NCBI RefSeq assembly: GCF_044324785.1
Contig: NZ_CP172127.1
DNA: 64,000 nucleotides
Direction: 5' to 3' (one strand)
From: Escherichia coli
Lineage (GTDB): Bacteria > Pseudomonadota > Gammaproteobacteria > Enterobacterales > Enterobacteriaceae
This document shows positions 10,908 to 21,700 of this stretch, one piece after another. Positions within the stretch are counted from its first letter, which is position 1. The number at the start of each line of letters is the position of its first letter. The notes under the pieces were generated by a model. The model saw nothing but the letters and a program-made list of their open reading frames with translations, did not search any database and had not been told where the DNA came from. The translations under genes were made by a program, and so were the position numbers.

Positions 10908-11639
10908 ATGAAGATGTTGCGCGATCCGCTGTTCTGGCTCATTGCTTTGTTTGTGGCACTGATTTTCTGGCTGCCTTACAGCCAGCCGCTGTTTGCTGCC
11001 TTGTTCCCACAACTGCCACGACCCGTTTATCAGCAGGAAAGCTTTGCAGCTCTGGCACTGGCTCATTTCTGGCTGGTGGGAATTTCGAGTTTGTTTGCGG
11101 TGATCATTGGCACTGGTGCAGGAATTATTGTTACTCGCCCGTGGGGCGCGGAATTTCGCCCACTGGTGGAAACTATTGCCGCCGTTGGGCAGACTTTTCC
11201 GCCCGTCGCGGTGCTGGCGATTGCCGTTCCGGTGATTGGGTTTGGTCTGCAACCCGCGATTATCGCCTTGATCCTTTACGGTGTGCTGCCCGTCCTACAG
11301 GCGACACTTGCCGGGCTGGGAGCGATTGATGCCAGCGTGACAGAAGTTGCGAAAGGTATGGGAATGAGTCGAGGTCAGCGACTGCGTAAGGTCGAGCTAC
11401 CGCTGGCGGCTCCGGTGATTCTGGCGGGCGTGCGAACTTCGGTGATTATCAACATTGGTACGGCGACGATCGCCTCAACGGTAGGGGCCAGCACGCTGGG
11501 TATGCCCATCATCATCGGGCTTAGCGGATTTAATACCGCGTATGTGATCCAGGGGGCGTTACTGGTGGCACTGGCGGCGATCATTGCAGACCGCCTGTTT
11601 GAAAGGCTGGTGCAGGCGCTTAGCCAGCACGCAAAATAA
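10908..11639 (+). CDS. yehW: ABC transporter permease (osmoprotectant uptake)
   Basis: 243 aa membrane protein starting 4 nt after yehX stop. Confidence 0.85.
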
Positions 11640-11727
11640 AGGTATAACCTGCGAGCATGACGCCACCAATTCCGCCTAACGCCATAAACAGGAACAGGGC
11701 GATGACCCCAATTTTAGCTATGCGCAT
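11620..11727 (-). CDS. yohO: Small hydrophobic membrane peptide (35 aa)
   Basis: Hand-translated: [35 protein letters not shown]; ATG at 11727 preceded by AAGGAGTG; below ORF-track size cutoff; 3' end overlaps yehW 3' end by 20 nt (convergent). Confidence 0.6.
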
Positions 11728-11786
11728 AATGCACTCCTTATGTTAACGAAAGGATTGTACAGTAAAGCGCATTTGTTAACGAATCA

Positions 11787-12518
11787 TTAAATGCCGAGTG
11801 GGAAAATATCATGGCCTTGTTCCTGCCAACTGGTAAGTTGCTGCTGTTGGGCAGAGGTTCGATTTTCACCGCACCACACCAGCAATGTACGGCCTTCGAA
11901 CAGTTCAGGGCGTAGTTGATTGAGCGAGTGGGCGAGGACATCAATGCGCCATCCTTGTTGACTGGCAATCCAGCCCTCCAGCCACAGACGGGTGGTATCC
12001 TGAATATTCCAGCCAACTACCAGCGCATCTTTACCCTGTTTTTTACGCGCCGAAGCCAGACAAATGGCGATGTAGTTGATCAGTACGCCGTCGAGGATCG
12101 CCAGCAGCGCCTGGAGAGTCGGTTGTTGGCACTGAAGTCGTCGGCGCAGAGGAATAAACAGATGTGTGGTGAGCGTCTGGGCGGGGTAATCCTGACCGCG
12201 CTCTTTGATCCACGTTCGCAGGCTATGCAGATTGCCGCTTTGCAGGTAAGTCAGTAATGTTTCTTGCTGATCGCGCCAGCCGTTCTGCACATCAACATTT
12301 TCATTACTGAGCAGCATTTTAACTTTGCTAACCTGCACGCCGTTGTCGATCCAGCGTTTGATCTCGCGGATCCGGTCAATATCGGCATCATTGAACAGCC
12401 GATGACCGCCGTCTGTCCGTTGCGGTTTCAGCAATCCGTAACGCCTCTGCCACGCGCGTAACGTGACAGGGTTAATATCACAAAGCAACGCCACTTCACC
12501 AATTGTGTAAAGCGCCAT
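11787..12518 (-). CDS. mlrA: MerR-family transcriptional regulator (curli/csgD activator)
   Basis: 243 aa; N-terminal MerR HTH (YTIGEVALLCDINPVTLRAWQRRYGLLKPQRTDGGHRLF). Confidence 0.85.
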   Translation of the reverse strand: MALYTIGEVALLCDINPVTLRAWQRRYGLLKPQRTDGGHRLFNDADIDRIREIKRWIDNGVQVSKVKMLLSNENVDVQNGWRDQQETLLTYLQSGNLHSLRTWIKERGQDYPAQTLTTHLFIPLRRRLQCQQPTLQALLAILDGVLINYIAICLASARKKQGKDALVVGWNIQDTTRLWLEGWIASQQGWRIDVLAHSLNQLRPELFEGRTLLVWCGENRTSAQQQQLTSWQEQGHDIFPLGI

Positions 12519-12739
12519 CGTCTCACCCTTGCTCGCGAGGTCCCGGTTTAACTTTAGACGCAGTTTTGCGAACCAGGTAGTTTTGCCCGTTTTTTGTGCA
12601 TCTATAGGGTGATTTTATTTTTGCCAGGCGATTTTGAGTGATCGTACTCACGAATTCTCATTTTTCTGCAAGAGTTCAAAGAAAGTTAAACGCAGGCAAT
12701 GTATGTTACGCGTTTTAAAGGGAAGTGTGGTTTGCGGGT

Positions 12740-14425
12740 ATGTACGATTTTAATCTGGTGTTGCTGCTGCTTCAGCAGATGTGCGTTTTTTTAGTCATTG
12801 CGTGGTTAATGAGTAAAACGCCATTATTCATACCGTTAATGCAGGTCACGGTTCGTCTGCCGCATAAATTTCTCTGCTACATCGTCTTTTCCATCTTCTG
12901 CATCATGGGCACCTGGTTTGGGTTGCACATTGACGATTCTATTGCCAATACCCGTGCGATAGGCGCGGTAATGGGCGGCTTGCTCGGCGGTCCGGTCGTC
13001 GGTGGGCTGGTTGGTCTGACCGGCGGGTTACATCGATATTCGATGGGGGGCATGACCGCGCTAAGTTGCATGATCTCGACCATCGTTGAAGGATTGCTCG
13101 GCGGCCTGGTACACAGCATCCTGATTCGTCGCGGGCGCACTGATAAAGTCTTTAACCCCATTACCGCCGGTGCCGTCACGTTCGTCGCTGAAATGGTGCA
13201 AATGTTGATCATCCTGGCGATCGCCCGACCTTATGAAGATGCGGTGCGTCTGGTGAGTAATATTGCTGCGCCAATGATGGTCACCAATACCGTCGGCGCG
13301 GCGCTGTTTATGCGTATATTGCTCGATAAACGCGCGATGTTTGAAAAATACACTTCGGCTTTTTCTGCTACTGCGCTGAAAGTGGCTGCCTCGACGGAAG
13401 GCATTTTGCGCCAGGGGTTTAACGAAGTGAACAGCATGAAAGTGGCACAGGTGCTGTATCAGGAGCTGGATATTGGTGCAGTCGCGATTACCGATCGAGA
13501 GAAATTGCTGGCCTTTACCGGAATTGGTGACGACCACCATTTACCCGGCAAACCGATTTCTTCGACTTATACCTTAAAAGCAATTGAAACCGGTGAAGTG
13601 GTCTACGCTGATGGCAACGAAGTACCTTATCGTTGCTCTTTGCATCCGCAATGCAAACTGGGGTCGACGCTGGTAATTCCGTTGCGTGGCGAAAATCAGC
13701 GGGTGATGGGCACCATCAAATTGTATGAAGCCAAAAACCGTTTATTCAGTTCAATCAACCGCACGTTGGGTGAGGGGATTGCGCAACTGCTTTCGGCGCA
13801 GATCCTCGCCGGGCAATATGAGCGGCAAAAAGCGATGCTCACCCAGTCAGAGATCAAACTGCTTCACGCTCAGGTGAACCCCCATTTTTTGTTTAATGCG
13901 CTTAACACCATTAAAGCGGTGATCCGTCGCGACAGCGAACAGGCCAGCCAGCTGGTGCAGTATCTTTCCACTTTTTTCCGCAAAAACTTAAAGCGGCCTT
14001 CGGAGTTTGTTACTCTCGCCGACGAAATTGAACATGTGAACGCTTATCTGCAAATTGAAAAGGCGCGCTTCCAGTCGCGGTTGCAGGTCAACATTGCTAT
14101 TCCGCAAGAATTATCCCAGCAGCAATTGCCCGCGTTTACCCTGCAACCGATAGTGGAAAACGCTATTAAACATGGGACATCACAACTGCTCGATACAGGG
14201 CGAGTGGCAATCAGCGCCCGACGTGAGGGGCAACATTTGATGCTGGAGATCGAAGACAATGCCGGTTTGTATCAACCGGTAACCAATGCCAGTGGGCTGG
14301 GGATGAATCTGGTGGATAAGCGTTTACGTGAACGGTTTGGCGATGACTATGGGATAAGCGTCGCCTGTGAGCCTGATAGTTACACCCGAATAACGTTACG
14401 ACTACCATGGAGGGACGAGGCATGA
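12740..14425 (+). CDS. btsS: LytS-type sensor histidine kinase (pyruvate-responsive two-component sensor)
   Basis: 561 aa from [14 protein letters not shown]...; N-terminal multi-TM 5TM-Lyt region, GAF-like middle, C-terminal His-kinase/ATPase motifs. Confidence 0.85.
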   Translation: MYDFNLVLLLLQQMCVFLVIAWLMSKTPLFIPLMQVTVRLPHKFLCYIVFSIFCIMGTWFGLHIDDSIANTRAIGAVMGGLLGGPVVGGLVGLTGGLHRYSMGGMTALSCMISTIVEGLLGGLVHSILIRRGRTDKVFNPITAGAVTFVAEMVQMLIILAIARPYEDAVRLVSNIAAPMMVTNTVGAALFMRILLDKRAMFEKYTSAFSATALKVAASTEGILRQGFNEVNSMKVAQVLYQELDIGAVAITDREKLLAFTGIGDDHHLPGKPISSTYTLKAIETGEVVYADGNEVPYRCSLHPQCKLGSTLVIPLRGENQRVMGTIKLYEAKNRLFSSINRTLGEGIAQLLSAQILAGQYERQKAMLTQSEIKLLHAQVNPHFLFNALNTIKAVIRRDSEQASQLVQYLSTFFRKNLKRPSEFVTLADEIEHVNAYLQIEKARFQSRLQVNIAIPQELSQQQLPAFTLQPIVENAIKHGTSQLLDTGRVAISARREGQHLMLEIEDNAGLYQPVTNASGLGMNLVDKRLRERFGDDYGISVACEPDSYTRITLRLPWRDEA

Positions 14426-15141
14426 TTAAAGTCTTAATTGTCGATGATGAACCGTTAGCACGGGAGAACCTGCGCGTATTTTTGCAGGAGCAGAGCGATA
14501 TTGAAATCGTTGGTGAGTGTTCAAACGCCGTGGAAGGGATCGGCGCGGTGCATAAACTGCGCCCGGATGTGCTGTTTCTTGATATCCAGATGCCGCGCAT
14601 CAGTGGTCTGGAAATGGTGGGAATGCTCGACCCGGAACATCGTCCGTATATCGTTTTTCTCACCGCGTTTGATGAATACGCCATTAAAGCCTTTGAAGAA
14701 CATGCCTTTGATTATCTGCTGAAGCCAATTGATGAAGCGCGACTGGAGAAAACGCTGGCGCGATTGCGTCTGGAGCGCAGCAAGCAGGATGTTTCGCTGT
14801 TACCGGAAAATCAACAGGCGCTGAAATTTATCCCTTGTACGGGGCATAGTCGGATTTATTTGCTGCAAATGAAAGATGTAGCATTTGTCAGCAGTCGGAT
14901 GAGCGGTGTCTACGTTACCAGTCACGAAGGGAAAGAGGGCTTTACCGAACTGACATTACGTACCCTGGAGAGTCGTACACCACTACTACGCTGCCATCGT
15001 CAGTATCTGGTTAACCTCGCGCATTTACAGGAGATTCGTCTGGAAGATAACGGTCAGGCCGAGTTGATTTTGCGTAATGGCTTAACCGTGCCGGTCAGCC
15101 GTCGTTATCTGAAAAGCTTAAAAGAGGCGATTGGCCTGTAA
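14422..15141 (+). CDS. btsR: LytTR-family response regulator
   Basis: 239 aa; receiver domain ([17 protein letters not shown]...D at LFLDIQMP) and C-terminal LytTR DNA-binding region; ATGA overlap with btsS stop. Confidence 0.85.
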   Translation: MIKVLIVDDEPLARENLRVFLQEQSDIEIVGECSNAVEGIGAVHKLRPDVLFLDIQMPRISGLEMVGMLDPEHRPYIVFLTAFDEYAIKAFEEHAFDYLLKPIDEARLEKTLARLRLERSKQDVSLLPENQQALKFIPCTGHSRIYLLQMKDVAFVSSRMSGVYVTSHEGKEGFTELTLRTLESRTPLLRCHRQYLVNLAHLQEIRLEDNGQAELILRNGLTVPVSRRYLKSLKEAIGL

Positions 15142-15187
15142 AAGACTGCTAAAATGGCTTTTTGCCTCATCAACACCTGAAGGCCTC

Positions 15188-15658
15188 ATGCTAAGTAACG
15201 ATATTCTGCGCAGCGTGCGCTACATTTTGAAAGCCAATAATAATGACCTGGTGCGTATTCTGGCGCTGGGTAATGTCGAAGCCACCGCGGAACAGATCGC
15301 CGTCTGGCTACGTAAAGAAGACGAAGAGGGTTTTCAGCGTTGTCCGGACATTGTTTTGTCTTCCTTCCTCAATGGCCTAATTTATGAAAAACGCGGCAAG
15401 GATGAGTCTGCTCCGGCACTGGAGCCGGAACGTCGCATTAATAACAACATCGTGCTGAAAAAATTACGCATCGCGTTTTCGCTGAAAACCGATGACATTC
15501 TGGCGATCCTCACCGAACAGCAGTTCCGCGTTTCGATGCCGGAAATTACGGCGATGATGCGTGCACCGGATCATAAAAACTTCCGCGAATGCGGCGATCA
15601 ATTTTTACGTTATTTTCTGCGTGGACTGGCAGCGCGCCAGCATGTGAAGAAAAGCTAA
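15188..15658 (+). CDS. yehS: Conserved protein of unknown function (DUF1456-like)
   Basis: 156 aa from MLSNDILRSVRYILKANNN...; internally repeated ~70-aa halves. Confidence 0.75.
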   Translation: MLSNDILRSVRYILKANNNDLVRILALGNVEATAEQIAVWLRKEDEEGFQRCPDIVLSSFLNGLIYEKRGKDESAPALEPERRINNNIVLKKLRIAFSLKTDDILAILTEQQFRVSMPEITAMMRAPDHKNFRECGDQFLRYFLRGLAARQHVKKS

Positions 15659-15667
15659 GACGGGTAT

Positions 15668-15692
15668 GGCGGCCATGCGGAACATGGCCGCC
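15668..15692. terminator. Bidirectional hairpin between convergent yehS and yehR
   Basis: Perfect 10-bp stem ggcggccatg / catggccgcc with 5-nt loop. Confidence 0.55.
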
Positions 15693-15698
15693 GACAGA

Positions 15699-16160
15699 TT
15701 ATTTCACTTCTTTAAAACCAGCGGCTTTCATCACCAGTTCCATTTGCGCCATAGTGATACCTTTTTTGGCATCTTCAGCAGAAACGTTGATTCCTGAAAT
15801 ACCCTGCAGGGCTTTAAAATCCACTTTTTCCATATCGATAGTCACGTTTTCCTGCGCGTAGGTATCGGTATAGGTTAATTTTTCTTCAACACCCGCGATG
15901 TTTTTGTATTTGGCGCTTAACGGCTCAAGTGTCTTGGCAGCGTCTTCTTTGGTGGTTGCACCAATGGAGGCAAATTGAATTTTGGTTTCAGAAGATTGCT
16001 TAAGCACCTTGTCACCTTTGTAGACATAGGTAATGGCAATTTCAGTACCGTTCAGATTGGCGCTGAATTTTTTCGATTCTTCTTTGTCACCGCAGCCAGC
16101 AAGAGAGAAAACCAGAACAGATGCAACAACGAGGGAAAACAGCTTATTGAAAGCCTTCAT
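15699..16160 (-). CDS. yehR: Lipoprotein of unknown function
   Basis: 153 aa; lipobox LAGC in signal peptide (MKAFNKLFSLVVASVLVFSLAGC). Confidence 0.8.
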   Translation of the reverse strand: MKAFNKLFSLVVASVLVFSLAGCGDKEESKKFSANLNGTEIAITYVYKGDKVLKQSSETKIQFASIGATTKEDAAKTLEPLSAKYKNIAGVEEKLTYTDTYAQENVTIDMEKVDFKALQGISGINVSAEDAKKGITMAQMELVMKAAGFKEVK

Positions 16161-16284
16161 GTAAAACTCCATTTTATTTAATCAAGGAACTGGTGACTCT
16201 CACCAGGGGCTATATAGGATATGCCTAATACTGTGGCGTGAGCAGTCCGGAACTGGAGTAGAACTCTTAGTAAAAAGCACTATT

Positions 16285-18285
16285 TCATCCTTGTTGCTGA
16301 AGCATGGGGAATAATTGTTCGCAAAGTAAAACACCGTTATTCATTGCTTCTACCCGTGCCTCGCTTTCTGTATTACGAAATTGTGCCAACACATGTGCCA
16401 GCCGATAAAAACCCACCGCGGAGAGGTCATTCGCCAGCAACTCTGCCTGACCAATAGCACTCTGTTCCTGATAGCGCCAGCCGTTATGGAGCAGTTGAAT
16501 AAGTAACGCCTGGCAGCGCATCAGCAACTGATGAGCGGTAGACGGCACAGGCAAAACGCTGGCAGAAGGTAGCGGTGCCACAGGCGCAGTTTCTGCGTCC
16601 AGCGCCCAGGCGCGAGTTTTTGTCATCATCACCCGTGGTTCCAGTGTCAATTGCCCCTCTACAAAGCTGACAAAGCCAGAAACCAGACTCACGGGGTCGT
16701 CTGTTTGTTGCAAAAGCGCCGCCATGCGTTCAACGGCAAAAGGAGAACAGGCAGATGCCGGAAGGGATAACGTCAGCACATTATCTTCCCCTTCGCCGCT
16801 AATGACCTGCGCATCCAGTGTCTGGCGGCTGCTATCCCAACCAAGCGAAATACACTCCGCTACCGGCAGAATAAATAAGTTATCGACCTGGTTGAGTGGT
16901 CGTATGCAGGCGGGGGGACGCTGGCGTAAATATTCCCGCAAAGCCACAATGCCCGGCTGGCGCAACGGCGCACTCAACATTTGCCAGGCGTCTGGCGACA
17001 GTGGAACAACACTACTCAAGCGGTTGCGGGTAGCTAACAGCAGCTCGCCATCGGCACTGCGTTTTGCTGCTTGTGAAACAATTTGCCCACCCGCCAGTGC
17101 GCCAGCCTGAAAACTAAACAGCCGACGCGTCGCTGCCGGTGAGTTTTCCTGTTCGCTTCTCGGCCAACTACGCGAAAGGTGCAAAATACTGCCGGTGTCG
17201 GGATCGGTAAACCAGATGCGTAAACCATACTGCTCAATATCCTGCCAGCAACGCATACCTAAAGACACCAGCCGCAGATGATCAAGCTTTGCTTCTCCGG
17301 CAATGCCAGCGCCAACGACCGTGCGCCACGGCATGGGAGGAACTTCACCAACACTGTCGCGCCGGGCCATCTCTTGTGCACAATTTAATCGATTGTTTAA
17401 TGCCGCAAGCTGACATAAGCATTCTCCGGCATGATAGTGGCTGGCGCGGGCGTGGAAGGCATCAACGCTGGCGCGCAGTTGCCGTAGCGATTCACTCACC
17501 CAGCGCCAGTTGCAGCGTTCCGCCGCTTGCTGCGCGCGGCTGAAAGCAGCCTCGTAATGAATAAGCGGCTGGCTGATGCCGCCAAGCCATAACGCCTGGC
17601 TTAATTGCTGAACATATTGACGACACGCGTCGCCCTCATCGTTGGCAAACGGATCGTCAGATGATGTGACGTGTTCGCTGCGCATCTGCCAGATTAAATG
17701 AGTAAATTCCGCTTGCTGCGCTTTGGCCTGGGCAAAGGCCTGTACTGCCAGTACGACATGTTCGCAAAGTGTGCCGTCAATACAATCACAGCGTGCGAAA
17801 CGAATGCTGCTGCGGGAATAAAAACGTACATCGCTCATCGGTAAGCGGGCAGAGGGAATTTCGCCAGGCGTACAGAACAACTCAATGGTGATGCCTTTAG
17901 CGACCAGTGTCTGTGCGCGTTTGCGGGTGGCATCGGGCAGGGTAGCCAGTTCTTCCAGCCAGATTGCCGGATCCCACTCTTCTTCTTTTTCCGTAGGCTG
18001 GGTGGTGGCGCAAAGTCGCTGATAACTTAAAACCAGCATCACGCGATGGCGGCACATGCCGCTGGCCCCGCAGCTGCATTGAGCCTCTTTCAGTGCCTGA
18101 CCGTTCGCCAGCTGGGTGCGGACACCGTCACTGAAGGTGGCGATTAAAGCGCCGTTCTCATGGCTGATTTCCGGGACGTTGCCATTTTCCAGTTCTTTAA
18201 GGCTGCGCTTAACAAAACCGGCATTGCTTAACGCCGTCAAAGCTTGTGGTGTCAGTTCTAATAATTCCGGCCGTAGTGAATTCAT
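16285..18285 (-). CDS. yehQ: SWIM zinc-finger domain protein, function unknown
   Basis: 666-aa ORF; two CxCx(n)CxH motifs (CSCGASGMCRH, CDCIDGTLCEH); ATG overlaps yehP stop (ATGA); precise start not certain. Confidence 0.75.
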   Translation of the reverse strand: MNSLRPELLELTPQALTALSNAGFVKRSLKELENGNVPEISHENGALIATFSDGVRTQLANGQALKEAQCSCGASGMCRHRVMLVLSYQRLCATTQPTEKEEEWDPAIWLEELATLPDATRKRAQTLVAKGITIELFCTPGEIPSARLPMSDVRFYSRSSIRFARCDCIDGTLCEHVVLAVQAFAQAKAQQAEFTHLIWQMRSEHVTSSDDPFANDEGDACRQYVQQLSQALWLGGISQPLIHYEAAFSRAQQAAERCNWRWVSESLRQLRASVDAFHARASHYHAGECLCQLAALNNRLNCAQEMARRDSVGEVPPMPWRTVVGAGIAGEAKLDHLRLVSLGMRCWQDIEQYGLRIWFTDPDTGSILHLSRSWPRSEQENSPAATRRLFSFQAGALAGGQIVSQAAKRSADGELLLATRNRLSSVVPLSPDAWQMLSAPLRQPGIVALREYLRQRPPACIRPLNQVDNLFILPVAECISLGWDSSRQTLDAQVISGEGEDNVLTLSLPASACSPFAVERMAALLQQTDDPVSLVSGFVSFVEGQLTLEPRVMMTKTRAWALDAETAPVAPLPSASVLPVPSTAHQLLMRCQALLIQLLHNGWRYQEQSAIGQAELLANDLSAVGFYRLAHVLAQFRNTESEARVEAMNNGVLLCEQLFPMLQQQG

Positions 18286-19418
18286 GACTGAAGATTCTCC
18301 GCAAGCCAGGTCGCCAGTTCGCCCGGCGTCATGGCGGCTATTTGTGCGCCGACATTAACCAGCGCCTGGGCCGTATCGTGGTCATAGCAAGGTGTTGCGG
18401 TGCTATCGAGCGCCGCCAGTCCCAGCACTTTGACGCCGCTCTGGACACACGTTTTCACCTGATGCGTCAGCAATGATGATGAACCCCCTTCATAGAAATC
18501 GCTCACGAGGATAATGACGCTTTTCGCTGGTTGTTCAATAAGTTGCCGACCATACTCCACGGCACTGGCGATATTGGTCCCGCCGCCCAGTTGTACTTTC
18601 ATTAATAACTCTACTGGATCAGCAACGTCTGCCGTGAGATCAACGACGCTGGTGTCAAACGCCACCAGATGGGTACGAATGCCGGGTAACTGCCATAAAC
18701 AGGCCGCCATCACCGCAGAGTGGATCACCGAATCGACCATCGATCCGCTTTGATCAACCAGTAAGACCAGTTGCCATTGTTCGCTTTGGCGTTTAATGCG
18801 GCTGTTAAAGCGGGGGGATTCGATATACAACTTGCCGTGTTGCGGGTGCCAGTGTTGCAGGTTGGCGCGCAGAGTACTTTTGAAATCAAAGTTTCGCGCC
18901 AGTGGAATAAATGAGCGGCGACGGCGATCGCGGACACCAGAAAAAGCCTGGCGAACTTCCTTTGCCAGTCGCGCCATAATTTCTTCAACAACCTGGCGCA
19001 CTATCCGGCGGGCGGCAGCCAGCACTTCGGGATTCATCAGATGTTTGGTGTGCAAAACGGCGCGTAGCAGGCTTTCAGAAGGCTGCATACGTTCCAGCAC
19101 GTCGAGATTCGTCACCACATCTTCAATGCCGTAGCGCAGTACGGCATCGCTTTCCAGCCGCTCGATCACCTGTTGCGGAAACAGCGTGTGAATACTGTTG
19201 ATCCACTCAGGGGTGGTGAGATTTGAGTCACCTAATCCACCGGAGCGTTCACCACGCTGGAGCCGTTCAGGATCGCGCCCATACAGCCACTCCAGCGCGT
19301 GGTCTATCTGCCGGGCATTGTCATCCAGCCCACAAAGGGTCGTTTCTGCCGCTTCGCCAAGAATTAATCGCCAGCGTTGTAGCTCACGGGTGGTCAGAAG
19401 ATCGTTCAGTTCAGACAT
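18282..19418 (-). CDS. yehP: von Willebrand factor A (VWA) domain protein with MIDAS motif, function unknown
   Basis: 378 aa from MSELNDLLTTRELQRW...; MIDAS-like DQSGS in LLVDQSGSMVDSV; start overlaps yehM stop; track ORF extends upstream into yehM. Confidence 0.8.
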   Translation of the reverse strand: MSELNDLLTTRELQRWRLILGEAAETTLCGLDDNARQIDHALEWLYGRDPERLQRGERSGGLGDSNLTTPEWINSIHTLFPQQVIERLESDAVLRYGIEDVVTNLDVLERMQPSESLLRAVLHTKHLMNPEVLAAARRIVRQVVEEIMARLAKEVRQAFSGVRDRRRRSFIPLARNFDFKSTLRANLQHWHPQHGKLYIESPRFNSRIKRQSEQWQLVLLVDQSGSMVDSVIHSAVMAACLWQLPGIRTHLVAFDTSVVDLTADVADPVELLMKVQLGGGTNIASAVEYGRQLIEQPAKSVIILVSDFYEGGSSSLLTHQVKTCVQSGVKVLGLAALDSTATPCYDHDTAQALVNVGAQIAAMTPGELATWLAENLQS

Positions 19419-21690
19419 GGAAAACTCCCCAGTGTTGCAGCGATGCCAGTGCCTGCTGTTCGAGTTGTTGATGATGTGCAATGGCTTGCGGTGGACAATG
19501 CAACGGCATTTGCAGCGCTGAAACGGGAAGCTGTGCGAGCTGGTAATGCTCAAGCACCTGATGCGCCAGCGTCCCGCGTTCCCGTGGTGGTAGCCAGGCC
19601 ATCGCCGCACGTAAATCGGGCAGGGCGTTAATAAAATCGTCGTCACTCAGTTGATTTAAATGACTACTGAAACCGGCGATAAATGCCGGCTGACAGGCCA
19701 GTTGATGGCGGGCCAGCGCCAGCAAACCGTGCAGTGCCTCGCCGGATTGTGCCGGGGATAATTGCGCCAGCATCGTCAGCGCCGCTTCGGCACTGGCGTT
19801 GGGATGTTCCAGACGCATCAGTGCGCCAAGAGCCGCGCCGCGATCCAGCGCCGGGGCATGAATCGCCTGACTGCGGCGCTCCAGTAAGGCTACCGCCGCA
19901 GAAAGAGAAACGCCGGGTAAATTAACGCCGCTATGTAGATCGCGCAGGATATGGCAAAGCGCCTGCCAGCTATGCAGGTGAGCGTGAAACTCCTTTTCCT
20001 CCGGTCTGCCGTTGGATTCACACAGCCAGAGTGTGCGATCGATAGCCGCGCATAACGTCGTCTGTAATATCTGCGCGCCTTGCATACCGCTAATTTCATC
20101 CAGCCGCCATAAGGCGTATAGCACTTCCAGCGCCTGGCCCATTTCGGCAAACTGATTTTCCTGGGCGATTAATAATGTAAGTTGCTCCAGTAATTGTTGA
20201 CTGAAGGACGCCAGACCCGCTAACGCCGCCTGGCTAAGACATGTGGTGATACTGCCGATTCCACCCGCGTCCAGCATATCGGCTTCTAATTTATTGCGTG
20301 CGGCTTCCTGGAGTGTGGCACCAAAGCAGGCGGCCTCAATTAATGCCGCATGTTGGCTAAGCGGGCGGGTTAATTTCCAGCGTTCTTCACCGTTGCCTGC
20401 AAGTGTCAGTGTGCTTCCCTGCTGGCGTACAATCCCTGGGATCTCCAGTATTGCCAGCCGATGTAACACCTGACTTTGCGCTAGTCTATTGGGGTTAAAG
20501 CGATTTAAGGTAAGCTCCGCCGGAAGAGAGATTGCGGTACGTTCCAGTTCGCAGGTGACATCTTTTGGCAGAGGCGGTTGTGGCGTAGAAGGGGCAAGTT
20601 TACCGAATCCGTCACCCGCTAATGTGTCTATCAACGTTAGCAGAATCGGATCGGTATCGGGATGAATAACGCCGCGATAGCTCCACGGCAACGGCGCGTT
20701 CAAGGCTTCTTTAATCAGCGAGCCTGCTATGGCATCCAGCCAGTCAGTGCGTAACGGTAGTATATGACCGCGCAACTGTGCCAGCGCCATCGCATGCAGA
20801 TGAGCGGCAGCCATATCCGCTGTTGAAGCAGGCAAGTGGTGCTGGCGCAAACGGGTAAGAACCGTTTTCAGCAGTTGTTCACCTGCCTGCTGCAAGCCCC
20901 ACCGCCAGCACCAGTTTTGCCAGACCGGGGCAGGCATTCCTGAAAGGTATCCTGCCAGCACATCAAGGCGCTTTTCACTGTATGGCGTGAGATAGCAACC
21001 TGTAACGGCATCATCCAGTGAGAGCAATTCTGGCGTGTTAATTTCTTGCGGGCATTCGCGCCACATTTTTGCCAGTGCCGGAGCGTGCCAGCCTCCGCAG
21101 ACGACTAATACGTCGCCATTATTTTGCTGCATCGCCCATCCAATCCAGCGGGCCATAAAGGCTTCGCGCTGACGATTGAGTGCATCGCCGGAGGCGTCGC
21201 CCCGCAGTTGTACAAAATAGTGCGCCAGTGCAGAGGGTAATATAGTTTGCTGGCTTTCATCTTCGAACAAGTGATCCCACAGGGTGTCGCTGTTATCCAT
21301 GCGGGTGGCACGCAGCAGCAAGGTCTGGCTTTCCTCTTGCGTATCAGGCGAATTGTCCTCTTCTTCACTCTGTGCCCAGCAAGGCAAATCGATGAAGTAA
21401 GTTTGTGCCTGAATACGACGTGCGGCTTGTAGCGCCTGCCACTCCGGCGAAAATTCAGCAAATGGCGTCCAGGCACCACGCCCGGGGGCCGCACCGTCCT
21501 GATACTGGCAATAACTGTAAATAGCTACCGGAAGCTGGTGGGCTAACAACAGTTCGTCTACCCGGTCATTAAAATCAGCCGGGCCTTCAATCAACACGTA
21601 TCGTGGCCGCTGGCTTTCGATTAACGATTTCACCAGCCGGGCGCAGGCCGGACTATGATGCCGGATGCCGACAATTAACGGCTCGCTCAT
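19411..21690 (-). CDS. yehM: Large protein of unknown function (759 aa)
   Basis: ATG at 21690 preceded by GAGGAAAG, 10 nt after yehL stop; Leu/Ala/Gln-rich, no motif I can assign. Confidence 0.75.
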   Translation of the reverse strand: MSEPLIVGIRHHSPACARLVKSLIESQRPRYVLIEGPADFNDRVDELLLAHQLPVAIYSYCQYQDGAAPGRGAWTPFAEFSPEWQALQAARRIQAQTYFIDLPCWAQSEEEDNSPDTQEESQTLLLRATRMDNSDTLWDHLFEDESQQTILPSALAHYFVQLRGDASGDALNRQREAFMARWIGWAMQQNNGDVLVVCGGWHAPALAKMWRECPQEINTPELLSLDDAVTGCYLTPYSEKRLDVLAGYLSGMPAPVWQNWCWRWGLQQAGEQLLKTVLTRLRQHHLPASTADMAAAHLHAMALAQLRGHILPLRTDWLDAIAGSLIKEALNAPLPWSYRGVIHPDTDPILLTLIDTLAGDGFGKLAPSTPQPPLPKDVTCELERTAISLPAELTLNRFNPNRLAQSQVLHRLAILEIPGIVRQQGSTLTLAGNGEERWKLTRPLSQHAALIEAACFGATLQEAARNKLEADMLDAGGIGSITTCLSQAALAGLASFSQQLLEQLTLLIAQENQFAEMGQALEVLYALWRLDEISGMQGAQILQTTLCAAIDRTLWLCESNGRPEEKEFHAHLHSWQALCHILRDLHSGVNLPGVSLSAAVALLERRSQAIHAPALDRGAALGALMRLEHPNASAEAALTMLAQLSPAQSGEALHGLLALARHQLACQPAFIAGFSSHLNQLSDDDFINALPDLRAAMAWLPPRERGTLAHQVLEHYQLAQLPVSALQMPLHCPPQAIAHHQQLEQQALASLQHWGVFHV

Positions 21691-21700
21691 GCATCTTTCC

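Noticed and set aside
10548-11252. 234-aa minus-strand ORF spanning the yehX/yehW junction
   Set aside because: Antisense to two ABC-transporter genes; Pro/Arg/His-rich, no ribosome-binding site
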